Shown here: piece by piece, positions 20,437 through 32,195 of the stretch
Layout: each line of letters starts with the position of its first letter
Numbering within the stretch: the first letter of the stretch is position 1
Made by a program: the position numbers and the translations under genes
NCBI GenBank assembly: GCA_963813075.1
Contig: CAWEXU010000017.1
Location: 1 to 64,000, forward strand
Source of the DNA: Methanotrichaceae archaeon
GTDB lineage: Archaea; Halobacteriota; Methanosarcinia; Methanotrichales; Methanotrichaceae
DNA: 64,000 nucleotides
Direction of reading: 5' to 3'
Notes under the pieces: generated by a model
What the model saw: the letters and a program-made list of their open reading frames with translations, nothing else
Told to the model about the DNA's origin: nothing
The model's database searches: none

Positions 20437-20461
20437 CTCTTCATATCATCTTTGATGGTCT

Positions 20462-21625
20462 TCATGCGCTGCCTATCGCCACCACGGGGTCCATCCGGGA
20501 GGCCTTCCAGGCGGGATAGAGCCCGGCCACGAAGTTGACCAGCAGAGCGATGCCTATCGCCCAGACGAAGAACTCCGGCTTCATGGCTACAGTCATTTTA
20601 GAGACCATGTAGATCTCCGAGGGGAGTTCGATCTCATAGGACATTATGAGTTGAGCGGAGAGATAGGCCAGAATCCCTCCCAGCAGAGCAGAAGGTGGGG
20701 CCAGGATCAGGCTCTCCAGGATGAATATCTTAAGGATGGACCGGCGGGTCGCGCCCATGGCCATGAGAATGCCGATCTCCCTCGTCCGGCGGGAGACTAT
20801 CATGATCATGGTATTGGCTATTCCAAAGCCGGCAATAGCGATGATCAGGAGATAGAATATCCAGGCGAAGACCCTCTGGGTCTCGATGAGATTAAGGATA
20901 TCGGCATTCATATCCTGCCAGGATTTTGAATCATATGAAAATTGCCGGTTTAGGTCGGCAGTGATGAGGGATGCCTGATAGATATCAACCAACTTTGCGT
21001 CCACCTCAGAGACCACATCTCCCATACCTACCAGATCCTGGGCCAGAATCAGAGGGATATAAATCAGGGAATCGTCTGCTGCGGTGCCGGTCTCAAAGAG
21101 GCCGGCCACCTTTATCCGGATGGATCGGTTTCCTCTTGCCAGGATGAAGTCATCCTCCAGATCTATCTCCAGCTCCTCTGCCAGACCGGTTCCAATGAAG
21201 GCGGCATACTTCCTCCGGTCCAGATCCATAAAGTCACCGGAGATGATGTCGCTTCTGACATCCATCATCCGGTCCTCGTCTTCCGGATTGATCCCCAGGA
21301 AGCTGATTGCCCGGACCTCATCTTTGTATTTGGCTGCTCCCTTTCCTGCCAGCCTCGCCGAGACCGCCTCCACTCCTGGATATGCCCATAAAATATTAGA
21401 GACGGTCCTGTAGAGATAGACGTAGTTCTCATCCTCCTTTGGCTGGATGTAGATGTGAGGATTGTTCTCCACCGTCGTGGTTATTATCTCATCCTGAAAG
21501 CCGCTCATGATTCCCATGAAAACAACGATGATCGCCACCGCCAGCGTCACCGCGGCGACTGTGAACAGGGCCATCTTGGGGTTTCTCAGAATATGCTTTT
21601 GGGCGATGGAAAACTCGTATCTCAT
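20462..21625 (-). CDS. ABC transporter permease, FtsX/LolE-like
   Basis: RRTREIGILMAMGA and GLYPAWKASRMDPV. Confidence 0.9.
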   Translation of the reverse strand: MRYEFSIAQKHILRNPKMALFTVAAVTLAVAIIVVFMGIMSGFQDEIITTTVENNPHIYIQPKEDENYVYLYRTVSNILWAYPGVEAVSARLAGKGAAKYKDEVRAISFLGINPEDEDRMMDVRSDIISGDFMDLDRRKYAAFIGTGLAEELEIDLEDDFILARGNRSIRIKVAGLFETGTAADDSLIYIPLILAQDLVGMGDVVSEVDAKLVDIYQASLITADLNRQFSYDSKSWQDMNADILNLIETQRVFAWIFYLLIIAIAGFGIANTMIMIVSRRTREIGILMAMGATRRSILKIFILESLILAPPSALLGGILAYLSAQLIMSYEIELPSEIYMVSKMTVAMKPEFFVWAIGIALLVNFVAGLYPAWKASRMDPVVAIGSA

Positions 21626-21647
21626 TTCTTTTGCCTTCGATATCTAT

Positions 21648-22832
21648 TCATGCGTTTATGGCCAGGGCAGGATCAAGCCTCGATGCTTTGTATGCGGGAT
21701 AGGAGCCGGCGATGATACTCAATGCGATCGCCGCAACGATTATCACCAGCAGGCTTTCCAGGCTGATCACCATTGGGAGGGTGATCTTCTGCCCTCCGGG
21801 GGCCTCCATTGAGAACTCCAGACTCTTGATATAAAAAGAAAGGGCCAGGCCCAGGATTGCGCCCACTGCTCCGCCCATCAGCCCCATGAGGCCGCTCTCG
21901 ATCAGGAATATGTTCATTATGCTCTGCCTTTTCGCGCCCATGGCCATCAGCATGCCGATCTCGCTGGTCTTCTCGTTGACCAGCAGGTACATGACGCTCC
22001 CCACTCCAAAGGAGGCAATTATCAGTATCAGCAGCATTATTAGATTGTTCTCGAAGCTCTCAATGGCCAGAGTCTCCAGGATCTCCGGGTAGAGCTGCTG
22101 CCAGCTATCTGCCTTATATCCATAATCCCGCAAAGATCTGGCAGCAGCATCCGCCTGGTAGATGTCCTCAAGCCGTATGTCCACATAGGATGCCACATCC
22201 CCTTCATCCAGAAATCTCCTGGCTGTGTCCAGGGAGACGATGGCCAGGTCCTCAGGCCAACCTACCGGCGGATCGAAGATTCCCGAGACCACCAGGCTGG
22301 TGTCCCTGGCGTCGGGAAAGCTGGCATATAAGGTCTGGCCCATCTTGACCTTCATCCGGTCGGCAAGCTTCTTGCTCATTACCACCTTTCTGCCGCTCTG
22401 AATGGAGATCAAATCCCCTCGTATCATATATTCATTTATGTGGTAGATGCTTTCAAAATCCTCCGGATTAACCCCCGACATGGCCACATTCTCCACATTT
22501 TCCTTGTAGGTGAATGTGGCACTGGTGCCCAGGCTGGCGGATACGGCCACCACCCCCGGGATGTCCCAGATGCGATCGGTGAGGCTGTGATAGAGGTAGA
22601 TGTAATCCTCGCCATCTTTTGGGCTGACGGTGATATGGGGCAGGTCCTCGATTATTACATCGAAGAGCATATCCTGAAAGCCGTCCATCATGAAGATGGA
22701 GACAAGAGAGATGGATACCGCCAGGGCTATGGCCGCTACTGAGAGGAAGGTTCCTCTCTTTCGGTAGACGATATGCCGCCTGGCGACGGCTAGCTCGAAG
22801 CCAGGGTTCAGGCTGCTGGGCAGGTCAGGCAC
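21648..22832 (-). CDS. ABC transporter permease, FtsX/LolE-like
   Basis: EKTSEIGMLMAMGA and GSYPAYKASRLDP. Confidence 0.9.
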   Translation of the reverse strand: MPDLPSSLNPGFELAVARRHIVYRKRGTFLSVAAIALAVSISLVSIFMMDGFQDMLFDVIIEDLPHITVSPKDGEDYIYLYHSLTDRIWDIPGVVAVSASLGTSATFTYKENVENVAMSGVNPEDFESIYHINEYMIRGDLISIQSGRKVVMSKKLADRMKVKMGQTLYASFPDARDTSLVVSGIFDPPVGWPEDLAIVSLDTARRFLDEGDVASYVDIRLEDIYQADAAARSLRDYGYKADSWQQLYPEILETLAIESFENNLIMLLILIIASFGVGSVMYLLVNEKTSEIGMLMAMGAKRQSIMNIFLIESGLMGLMGGAVGAILGLALSFYIKSLEFSMEAPGGQKITLPMVISLESLLVIIVAAIALSIIAGSYPAYKASRLDPALAINA

Positions 22833-22943
22833 CTCAACTAGCCTTTACAATGTTTTCTCTTATCAAGTTGCTGGGTTGAATTATTCCTTCTCAGATGGAT
22901 ATTTAAGGCAAGATTTAAGGCCAGAAATGGCCATCCAGGATCA

Positions 22944-23609
22944 ATGAGCTCTGACCAAAGTGAAGGAATCTTCAGCCAATCCCTGCTGGAAGAGGTTGAG
23001 AGGATTTATGATAAGGCGGATCCTGCTCACGACTTCTCCCATATCTTAAGAGTTTACCGTAATGCCAAAAAGATCGGCCAGGCCGAGGGTGCAGATATGC
23101 AGGTTTTGCTCCTGGCAGCTTTATTGCATGATGCATCGGAGGGATCAAAGAATCCTTGCAGTAGCTTGATTGATTTGGATCAGAAGTCCAGGCGGGGGGA
23201 GGTAGTTGGCGGCTTTTTGGATAGGACTGGAATTTCCGAAGAGAGGAAAGAAGAGGTGCTTTATGCAGTGTCTGTGCACCGCTTCTCCCTGGGGATAAAA
23301 CCGGAAACCCTGGAGGCGAAGATACTGCAGGACGCCGACCGGCTGGATGCCCTGGGGGCGGTGGGCATAGCCCGGACTTTTATGACCGGCGGGACACTGA
23401 ACCGCGCTTTTTACTGCCCAAAAGATCCTTTCTGTAAAGCTCGTGAGCCGGATGACGGAAAGTGGAATCTGGACCATTTTTACAGAAAGCTCCTCCGGCT
23501 GGAGTCGGAGATGCACACCCGGACAGGGAAAGAGATGGCCGGCAGACGGGCGGAGGTCTTGCGCCGGTACCTGCAGAATCTTGAAGAGGAGATCGGGGAG
23601 GATCTGTAG
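22944..23609 (+). CDS. HD-domain phosphohydrolase
   Basis: AHDFSHILRV, ALLHD, LQDADRLDALGAVGIAR. Confidence 0.9.
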   Translation: MSSDQSEGIFSQSLLEEVERIYDKADPAHDFSHILRVYRNAKKIGQAEGADMQVLLLAALLHDASEGSKNPCSSLIDLDQKSRRGEVVGGFLDRTGISEERKEEVLYAVSVHRFSLGIKPETLEAKILQDADRLDALGAVGIARTFMTGGTLNRAFYCPKDPFCKAREPDDGKWNLDHFYRKLLRLESEMHTRTGKEMAGRRAEVLRRYLQNLEEEIGEDL

Positions 23610-23691
23610 AGCGAGCGAAAAGGCCAAACCGTATAAAGAGAGGAAGAAAAAAGGATGCATTCAGTGGCAAAAAGCGGCTCATGCCATGCGG

Positions 23692-24687
23692 TCAGCAGGG
23701 CACGGCCACATAAATATTGTGTTTATTGGAGACGACCTTAACCCGAATGCTGCCCTCTTTTGCCGGACAGTCCACCACTGATACCACCCGATTCTTTGCC
23801 ACCCCCAGCTGCTCGCCTTCCACCCAGCCAGGAGCCTTGATCTCCACTTTAGCCTTCTCATTTTTCTTGAATACCGTGGGGATCATGGGCCTTTTTTCAA
23901 TCCCGAAATCCTGCGCTTTGAGCCTCAGGGAAAGGGAGGACTCCTTCTCCCACTGCGGCATGCTGCGGTTATAGAAGTGCCACCAGTTCTCCGTCCGGAC
24001 CCCTCGGGGCGACCGGCCCAGCCGGTAATGCTCGAACTTCTGAATCCCCAGGGGCGGCCACCTCTTCCCAGCCCCCGCCTTCACGGCAAAGTCGATCAAT
24101 TTCGGAATCTCCAGATCGTTTATTCCCGGAATGTGCACCGGAGCGATCAATAGGTCTATTCCGCTCTGGGCAATATTTTCTGCTGTCTCTTTGAGCTTCT
24201 GGATATCAAACCCCGGCCTTCCAGCCAGATATGCCGCTAAATCCGGGTCCAGAGCGTGCATGGAGAGGTTGATCCTGTCCAGCCCCGCCTCCTTTAATGA
24301 TTCGATCATCTCCTCGTCCAGAAGGGTGCCATTGCTCTGCATGGAGACGACACTGACCTCTTCTATCCCCTTCAGCCTGCTTATCAGTTGCACAATATCC
24401 GGATAGAGCATGGGCTCCCCAGGGGAGTCGATATGGCACTCCACCCCAGGCCCCTTGAAGGGGGCGATCTCCTCGACCGCCTCCATCAGATAGTCCAGTT
24501 CCACCTGGTAGTCTGTCACCCTGGACCTGGAACTGGGGCCGGCATCAACTGAGCAGAAGGGGCAATTCAGGTTGCAGCCGCAGCTCGGCCTGATCTGCAG
24601 AAGGTTGCTCCCCCGGTCGACCACTCCAAAATAAAGGCAGCCGACCAGCGGTATATCCGACTCGCGGGTTACGTGAAAAAGAGGCAT
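23692..24687 (-). CDS. Radical SAM protein with C-terminal TRAM-like domain
   Basis: CNLNCPFC motif and GEPMLYP. Confidence 0.88.
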   Translation of the reverse strand: MPLFHVTRESDIPLVGCLYFGVVDRGSNLLQIRPSCGCNLNCPFCSVDAGPSSRSRVTDYQVELDYLMEAVEEIAPFKGPGVECHIDSPGEPMLYPDIVQLISRLKGIEEVSVVSMQSNGTLLDEEMIESLKEAGLDRINLSMHALDPDLAAYLAGRPGFDIQKLKETAENIAQSGIDLLIAPVHIPGINDLEIPKLIDFAVKAGAGKRWPPLGIQKFEHYRLGRSPRGVRTENWWHFYNRSMPQWEKESSLSLRLKAQDFGIEKRPMIPTVFKKNEKAKVEIKAPGWVEGEQLGVAKNRVVSVVDCPAKEGSIRVKVVSNKHNIYVAVPC

Positions 24688-24721
24688 TTAAACCCCCTTT
24701 CATCTCGATCAGAGAGACGGC

Positions 24722-27700
24722 TCAGGATATCACCGCTGTGCCGTTCTCTCTTCTTAATACCGCGCCCGCTGCTGCCGGGAAGGGAAACTCGTCCGAATCA
24801 GAGCCTTCAGGGGCTGCAAAGTCCTGTGAGGCCCTCGATACCCCTGCATCTGCCTCGAATCCCTGGGGATCCATCTCTTCTGAGCTCCAGGCCAGGTCTA
24901 TCTCTTCCAGCTCCACTTCGCTTGAGGTCAGAATCAGATCAACCAGCCGAACCCGAGAAATCTCCTCATTCGTCATGAAATCAGAGGGACTGAACTTTAA
25001 GCTGAGGGTGTAGTTGCCCGGATTGAGGCGTTCTTCAATACTCTCATATCCGATCTCCTCTCCGGAATCATCCAGGATGGCCCCTGCAATCCTGTAAGCT
25101 CCCGGCTTTGTCACCGACAGATTGACCCCGATGGCGATAGCCTCCGGTGTGGTCTGATTGACAAATCCGCTGATATAGGCAGGAGGTGCCTGGAACTCTT
25201 TGGGATCTCTATCTATGTTGATATCCTCTTCATAGCGGTCAAGATGGTTGCCTGCATTATCGTAGAGAACCAGGTTCTCGATTTTCACCGGGCTGCACTT
25301 GGCCGCTCTCCAGATATCGGTGCCGCTGATGTTAACCTGAATCACTCCATCATCATCCAGCCTCTGGCTCTGATCTATCACACTGATCCTTCTCCCCTGG
25401 CAGTCATTCGCCACCCCTTCCAGCCTGAATTCGTCTGGGATGGTGACATTCACCCCGAAGCCCAAAACCAGCTGGTCATGCCTGCCGTCGTTATCCTCAT
25501 CCAGCACCTCTTCCGAGCTTAATCCTAGAAGCTCTGAGCCGGCTAAAGAGACGCTCACCGGGATCTCGATGCTGCTGTTGTTTGCCTGGATCTTTATGTA
25601 TCCCTCCAGCTGGTGTTGGGCAGGATTCCTGGGAATGGCAAGGCTGGCCTGAACGGTTCCGTTGCTGCCCGCTTCCAGCCGCTCCGGGCCGCTGGCGGTG
25701 ATCCAGCTCCAGGGCTCTTCCGAGTATTGCTTGACAGTGAGCCGGAAGGGCTGGCCGGCTTCCGGGACATTATACCCATAGACGTTGATCAGCCACCGGC
25801 CGGCCTGGGGATTGGAGACCTCCACCGGACCGAGATAGCCCGACCCCAAATCCGCATGCTCCTCGCTAGCCATCCCATCGGGATCCTCAAGGACCAGGGC
25901 CACCTCGCTGTATCTGCTGCCGCCAATGGTGGCAAGCTCTGCCGAGAGCCTTTTGGTCTCACGGGTTACATTCACCGTCCGGTTCCAGATCTGCTTGAAT
26001 CCCACTCTGCCCTCATAATCCACCAGGCTCTCGTTCTCGATCACTGCCTCATAGGTCAGGTTCTCCATCGCCAGACCTCTATTCTCCAGCAGGATTTCCA
26101 TGCTGGCATTAGTTCCCGGATTGGCGGAGTCTATGTACCACCGCCTGGGATTTGGCCTCGATCATCTCCTGCTCCACCTGGAGAGTGTAGTCGGCATTAA
26201 TGGAAGCATTCTCGCTGTACACGGCTACGAGCCACCGTCCCGATGGCGGACTCTCGATGGCTACCCTCTTGGAGCTGCCCTCCGGACCGCCGGCGTAATA
26301 CTCGCTGGTGGGGGATATCAGGAACAGGTCCAGACTGGAGCCAAAGTCAGTGGAGGTGATGTTAGTGGAGTTGAAGGATGTTGAGTTGAGAGATGTTGAG
26401 TTGAAGGATGTTGAGTTGGAATCAGTTAAATTGGCTTCAATGGAATCCGATTTAGTGCTCCAATCCAGCCTGGCCTCAATTCCCCTTGCCCCCACCGGCA
26501 AATCCAGATAATAGTAATCCCACTGGTTCCCGGTCAGGCTTCCAAAATTCATCCCCTTACCCTGAATAACGGACAGTGGCTCTGCAATCGTCAGGCCGAC
26601 CGGTATCTTCTGGATGCTCTTTTCGGAGTCGCTGATATCAAGCGACCCGGAATACACTCCAGGATCCGCATCCTCCGGCACCTGGATGGATGCGGCAAAG
26701 ACATGCTGGCCGTTGGATGATGTGCGCTCGGGAAGGGCTTGCAGGCTGATCCAGTCTGCAATATCCCCCTGGGCGGAGACTGAAAGACCTTCCCTCTCCC
26801 TGTCGCTGAAGAACACAAACCGGGTGTTCCAGTCACGGTCTCCTGGAGCCAGGGCATTGACCTTCTTTTGCGGCCGGTCTGCTCCCGTATCCAGGCCCAC
26901 ATAGACCCCCTCTCCGGAGGGCAGATATGCCCACCGCCCCGGATTCCATAGGTCAGGAACCACTCCGCTTATCTCATCTCCTGACTCCTCCAGCAGCTGG
27001 TAGGAATGGAGGGCATCCAGTAGGCCGGTTCCCTGATAGTATGCCTCGTACTGCACCCCATGGGTGTTATTGAGCTTGGTCGCTCCCCTGGTCATCGCTC
27101 CCTTGACCCCGGCGGGAGTAAGGTTGCTATTCTCCTGCAAGAGAAGGGCAGCCAGCCCGGCGGCGATGGGAGTGGAGAGGCTCGTTCCCGACTCGCGAGC
27201 ATAATAGACATCGATATAATCCGGCCCCTCAAGGCCTGCGGGAACTGTGGATATGATGTCCATTCCCGGGGCGACGACATCAGGCTTGATCCTGTCGTCT
27301 CTGGTCGGCCCGGAACCGGAAAAGCTGGCCATATGCCCTTCCGCATCGGTTGAACCCAGGGTGATGACATTCACCCCGTCGCCAGGCGAGTCGATCAGCC
27401 CGGGAGGCAGGGCGAGGACGATGGGCACAAACAGGAAGTAGACGTCTTTGCCGTTGCTCCCCCCAGACTGGGAAAGCTCGACCGGTGAAGAGCCCTGCAG
27501 CTGGCTGGCAGATGCGCCGGCCAATTGGCTCTCGCTCTCGGTGCTGTTGCGGTTGCCCGCAGCCACACATACCACCACCCCTTTATCGGCGGCATTATCT
27601 GCGGCCATGGTTATGGGGGGATTGGTCTCGCCCAGGTTAATCCCTCCCAGGCTGAGGCTCAGGACATCAGCGCCATTGTAGATGGCCCATTCGATGCCGG

Positions 27701-28517
27701 CGATGATATCCGATACCCTGCCGTCGCCATTCTGGTCTATCACCTTGACATTGATCAGGCTCGCTCCGGGGGCGATTCCCGTATACTTTCCCTTCGAGCT
27801 GGCACCTGAGCCGGCGATGATCCCGGCGATCATTGTGCCATGTCCCAGGAGATCGTCTGCTGTGATCTCATTGGCCAGGAAGTTCTTCTCAGCAATCACC
27901 TTGCCGACCAGATCGGGATGATTCTTGTCGATGCCTGAATCGATCACTGCAACGTTGACCCCCGTCCCGTCGATCCCCTTCTCCCAGAGCCTGTCTGCTT
28001 TGATGACATGGGCAGGAGATATGTAATCCTCGGACAGGTTCAGGCGGGATAGGTTGTGTTCTGATCGGTCCTGGCTTGAGAGGTTACGGTCTTGCGGGTT
28101 TTGGTCCTGTTGACCTGATCCGGAGGCATTGCCAGAATCACCAACATCAATAGCCGTTTCAGAATCATTATACTGCCCATCGATGGAGGTGTTATCATCG
28201 AAATAGATGGCTGATACTCTGTCGCTCTCTGCCATCTCCCGGATGGCGGTGCTGCTTGCTTCTCCCGCCTGGCCTGGGATTAGCTGGTAGCTGTACTTGA
28301 CCTCAAAGCCGGTAAAATCCATAGATTCTGTGCCCTTCAGCATCACAATCACAGGAATCCTATTCTCCCCCGCGCCATCGAGCATATCTCTCAGATCTGC
28401 ATCTATCTTTTCGACGGCATCAGGTGAAACTGCATCGGCTATCTGTGCTCCGGCCAGGGCGAGGAGAAACGCGCTCGCTGCAGAAATTAAAATAAAAATA
28501 TTTCGATCCATGATCAA
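24722..28517 (-). CDS. Large secreted S8 serine peptidase (frameshift near 26145)
   Basis: VAVIDSGID, GHGTMIAG, AAGN and SGTSLSTP; PPC-like domains continue in ORF 24722..26101. Confidence 0.88.
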
Positions 28518-28615
28518 CCAAACCTATAAATGGTGTGAATCCAGCCCCCACCAAATTCATATCAGCGCGTTGTAAGTAGATAATGCTAAATAAACCTGTG
28601 GTACTTCTTAGTTGA

Positions 28616-29396
28616 ATGATGTTGGACTGGCCTGCCTCCTATCTGCTCTGGATCAGCTTACTCCTGCTGCTAGCATCTGCCCTGACCAAAAAAAACCTCA
28701 TCGCCCTGCCCGGATGGGCACTATTTGGCGTTTTCTGGCTGGGAAAGCCCGGAGAGTATCTGGCCATCAATGACTACTTCAATGCCATCCTCTTTTCTGC
28801 TGCCGGTCTCATGTGCTTTTATATGGCCTGGATACTTGGGAAGAGGAGCGGCCCATCCAAAGCCCAGCTCTGGGCAAGCTATGCCGCAGCTGTTTGCGGA
28901 ATGGTCTATTTTCCCTTCGCCGAGATCGAACCCTTGAGAGAGGCACTGATCGGGTTTACCACCCTCATGACGGTGCAGGCCCTTCAAGCTCTATCGGTTC
29001 CGGTGAATGATGCCCGACTGGAATATCATGACCCTGAACGGGAGGTCGGTGGAGATCGTCCTCGCCTGCACCGCCATTGAGAGCATCGCCCTCTTTGCCG
29101 GACTGATCATATCCGTCCGGGCACCAGCATTCAGAAAGGCAGCCGCTCTTGTGGGCTCCACCATCTCCATCTATATCCTGAACATAGTGAGAAATGGATT
29201 TGTGATCATGGCCTATGGCTGGAGCTGGTTTGGCAGCGAGAGCTTCGAGGTTGCCCATAATATGATCGCGAAGATCGGGTCGGCTGCTGCACTTTTACTG
29301 ATATCTTATCTGATATTCCTGCTCCTCCCCGAACTCCTCTCGATCATCGATGAGCTGGCCGCGGACATAAGACACTCCAGAGGAGATGCCGCTTGA
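28616..29396 (+). CDS. artA: Archaeosortase A (frameshift near 29007)
   Basis: Multi-TM protein with VEIVLACTAIESIA, LNIVRN and FEVAHNMIAK; adjacent to pssD/pssA. Confidence 0.88.
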
Positions 29397-29995
29397 AGCT
29401 GGCCAGAAACTCCCGTCGCTGGATATCGGTGCCCATTATCCTGGCCGCAGCCCTGGCCGTTGCCGGGAGCTGGTACATATCGGCTGCCGCTTTTCTGGGT
29501 ATGGTATTCATGATATTCTTTCACCGGGACCCAGATCGCCTGCCGCAGAGCGAGGGCATGCTCTCACCGGCCGACGGAAGGATCATTCAGGCAACTCCGG
29601 AGAAGGTCACCATATTCATGGGCCTCGCCGATGTGCACGTTAACCGGGCGCCAATGGAAGGGACGATAATCAGCGTGGAGCACAGGAAGGGAACTCACCT
29701 CCCCGCCTTTCTCAATCGCGCGAGCCAGAACCAGCAGAGCAGGATGAGAATCGATACCGAGGACGGAGAGATCCAGCTGTGCCAGATCACCGGGACCATC
29801 GTGAGGGAGATCGTCTGTTATGTCAAGCCCGGAGATCACGTCCTCCGGGGGGAGAGGATAGGCATGATCCGCTTTGGCTCGCGGGTGGAGACCAGCATTC
29901 CCAGAGGATATAAGCTGAAAGTGGCCCTGGGAGATAGCGTCCGGGCCGGTAAGACGGTGCTCGCCGTCAAGAGCCATTCAGAGGTCTCTTCATGA
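29393..29995 (+). CDS. psd: Phosphatidylserine/archaetidylserine decarboxylase proenzyme
   Basis: FFHRDPDR, SPADG, DVHVNRAP, GMIRFGSRV. Confidence 0.92.
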   Translation: MKLARNSRRWISVPIILAAALAVAGSWYISAAAFLGMVFMIFFHRDPDRLPQSEGMLSPADGRIIQATPEKVTIFMGLADVHVNRAPMEGTIISVEHRKGTHLPAFLNRASQNQQSRMRIDTEDGEIQLCQITGTIVREIVCYVKPGDHVLRGERIGMIRFGSRVETSIPRGYKLKVALGDSVRAGKTVLAVKSHSEVSS

Positions 29996-30663
29996 ATATC
30001 CTGCGCGCCCTCCGGCCGCCGGACCTGTTCACCATCCTGAATATCGCATTGGGGTTTGCTGCCATCCTCCTCATCAGTGAATCGCAATCCCTGGATAGGG
30101 TTTTGGCCGCCGTCGTCCTGATAATTTTAGCAGCGGTGGCTGACGGCCTGGACGGATTTGTGGCCAGAAAAACGGGATCCGGTCCCCTGGGGGCTAACCT
30201 GGACTCCCTGGCAGACCTGGTGTCCTTTGGAGCAGCGCCTGCCTTTCTCGTTGTTGCTGCCTTTGGCCTCCCCATTCAGATCTGGCTGGCAGCGATATTC
30301 TTTGTCATCTGCGGGGCCCTTCGCCTGGCCAGGTTCAATGTCTCAAACCATAGCGATCAGCTCTTCGAGGGCCTGCCCATCCCTGCGGCGGGCATGGCTC
30401 TATCCGCCAGCGTCCTTTTAGGGCGGCCTGGCCTCACCATTCCGCTCATGCTCATTTTAGCTCTGCTCATGGTAAGCAGCATACCATATCCCAAGATCAG
30501 GGACATAAGAGTTCTGTCTATATTGGGCCTGCTGGTTATTGCTGCCGCCTGGGCGGTCTTTTTCCAGAGCGATATCTTTTATACCGCCATTTTTTTGGGC
30601 GCGCTGATAATCATGTATTTGTTAAGTCCGGTGGTGATTTCACGCCTACAAAAAGGGAAATAG
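29992..30663 (+). CDS. pssA: Archaetidylserine synthase (CDP-alcohol phosphotransferase)
   Basis: ADGLDGFVAR...GANLDSLADLVSFG and LRLARFN. Confidence 0.92.
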   Translation: MNILRALRPPDLFTILNIALGFAAILLISESQSLDRVLAAVVLIILAAVADGLDGFVARKTGSGPLGANLDSLADLVSFGAAPAFLVVAAFGLPIQIWLAAIFFVICGALRLARFNVSNHSDQLFEGLPIPAAGMALSASVLLGRPGLTIPLMLILALLMVSSIPYPKIRDIRVLSILGLLVIAAAWAVFFQSDIFYTAIFLGALIIMYLLSPVVISRLQKGK

Positions 30664-30968
30664 CAGCCTTTGAGGCAGGAATAAAGCTGGGAGCGCTTTA
30701 TCACCAGTTCGTGGGCTCGCCAGTGGGAATGAGGACTGCATCCAGCCTGGAGAAGGCCATGCAAGAGAGTATCTCCCTTCAGCCTTATGTCCGGAGTGTT
30801 GTGGTGAGGATAAACCGTGATATGCTCTCTGAGAACATCTTCGGCTATGGCGAGCTGGAAGGAAGGATGATTTCCGCTCAGGTGGAGATAGAATATGAGG
30901 GAGAGGTGATCTCCGCCCGGCTGGAGTACGACCGGGAGAAGTCTTATCCCCTTATGAGCTTGAAATAG
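30642..30968 (+). CDS. mptD: Archaeal dihydroneopterin aldolase (MptD/DUF381)
   Basis: The frame extends upstream of the ORF-track start as PTKREIAAFEAGIKLGALYHQFVGSPV and ends YPLMSL. Confidence 0.85.
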   Translation, partial: TPTKREIAAFEAGIKLGALYHQFVGSPVGMRTASSLEKAMQESISLQPYVRSVVVRINRDMLSENIFGYGELEGRMISAQVEIEYEGEVISARLEYDREKSYPLMSLK

Positions 30969-30971
30969 GCA

Positions 30972-31880
30972 TTACTCAAACTCTATTGTGCCCGGCGGTT
31001 TTGGGGTGAGGTCATAGACCACTCTGGAGACCGTTGGGATCTCGCCGGTGATCCGGGCGGAGATGCGCTTGAGGACCTCCCAGGGAAGCTCAATTGCCTC
31101 TGCGGTCATGGCATCCCGGCTGGAGACTGCGCGGACGGCGACCACATAGCCATAGACCCGGTTGTCCCCTTTGACCCCGGTGGCCTTTCCCAGGATGGCG
31201 GCAAATGCCTGCCAGGGATTGAATTCCTCTACCTCCTCTTCCACGATGGCGTTTGCCCGTCTGACCACATCCAGTTTATCCCGGGTGACCTCTCCCACGA
31301 TCCTTACCGCCAGGCCGGGTCCGGGAAAAGGCATCCTCTCGCTGATCTCCGGTGAGAGGCCCAGGGCCCTTGCCACCTGGCGGACCTCGTCCTTGTACAG
31401 GTCGCGCAGAGGCTCGACTATGGTCCTGAAATCGATCCGGCTGGGGAGACCTCCAACATTATGGTGGGCTTTGATGCCCCCGTCCGACTCGATTCTGTCC
31501 GGATAGATGGTGCCCTGAATCAGGCAGTCGCCGCCGATCTTGCGCGCCTCTTCCTCGAAGACCCGGATGAAGGTCTCTCCCACCACCATCCTCTTCTCCT
31601 CGGGATCGATGACCCCTTTCAGGGCATCTAGAAACCGGTCCTGGGCGTTGACCCGCACCAGCCCCAGATCCTTGAATAGCTCCTCAATCCGGTCGGACTC
31701 CGACTGTCTCATCAGACCGGAGTCGACATAAACCGGGACCAGCCGGTCGCCCAGTGCCTGGTGGGCGAGCTTTGCGCATACCGAGCTGTCTACACCCCCC
31801 GATAAACCGATAATAGCGCGACCCTGGATATCGCGCTTGATCTCTGCGATGGCGTTCTCTATGAAACGCTCCACATTCAT
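30972..31880 (-). CDS. guaAB: GMP synthase, ATP pyrophosphatase subunit B
   Basis: [43 protein letters not shown]. Confidence 0.95.
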   Translation of the reverse strand: MNVERFIENAIAEIKRDIQGRAIIGLSGGVDSSVCAKLAHQALGDRLVPVYVDSGLMRQSESDRIEELFKDLGLVRVNAQDRFLDALKGVIDPEEKRMVVGETFIRVFEEEARKIGGDCLIQGTIYPDRIESDGGIKAHHNVGGLPSRIDFRTIVEPLRDLYKDEVRQVARALGLSPEISERMPFPGPGLAVRIVGEVTRDKLDVVRRANAIVEEEVEEFNPWQAFAAILGKATGVKGDNRVYGYVVAVRAVSSRDAMTAEAIELPWEVLKRISARITGEIPTVSRVVYDLTPKPPGTIEFE

Positions 31881-32195
31881 GGCCATAGTTAGCATGCCCG
31901 GCTTTCAGCATTTGAGGCTTACGGTTATGATCTCTTTTTGGCTATCCTCTCTCAAATCGCAGTGCAGCAATGCTTTCAGATGATCTCAATATGAGAACTA
32001 CATGAAAAATAAGGCTTTAAATTATCAAAACCAGGATATATTGGCGGGATAGGAGAGTGGGATTCACCGTATCCTGCGGGAGGGCCATTCCCTCCGGCCC
32101 TCCCTGCGATCTGCAGGGCAAAATACTGATAACACGACTCTTTTTCATGCGGATCGCAGATGCTTTATGCCAATAATCCGGATGCCATAGCCAGC

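Noticed and set aside
28616..30663. artA-pssD-pssA linkage as a novelty
   Set aside because: The functional link between ArtA and PssA/PssD lipid anchoring is already established.
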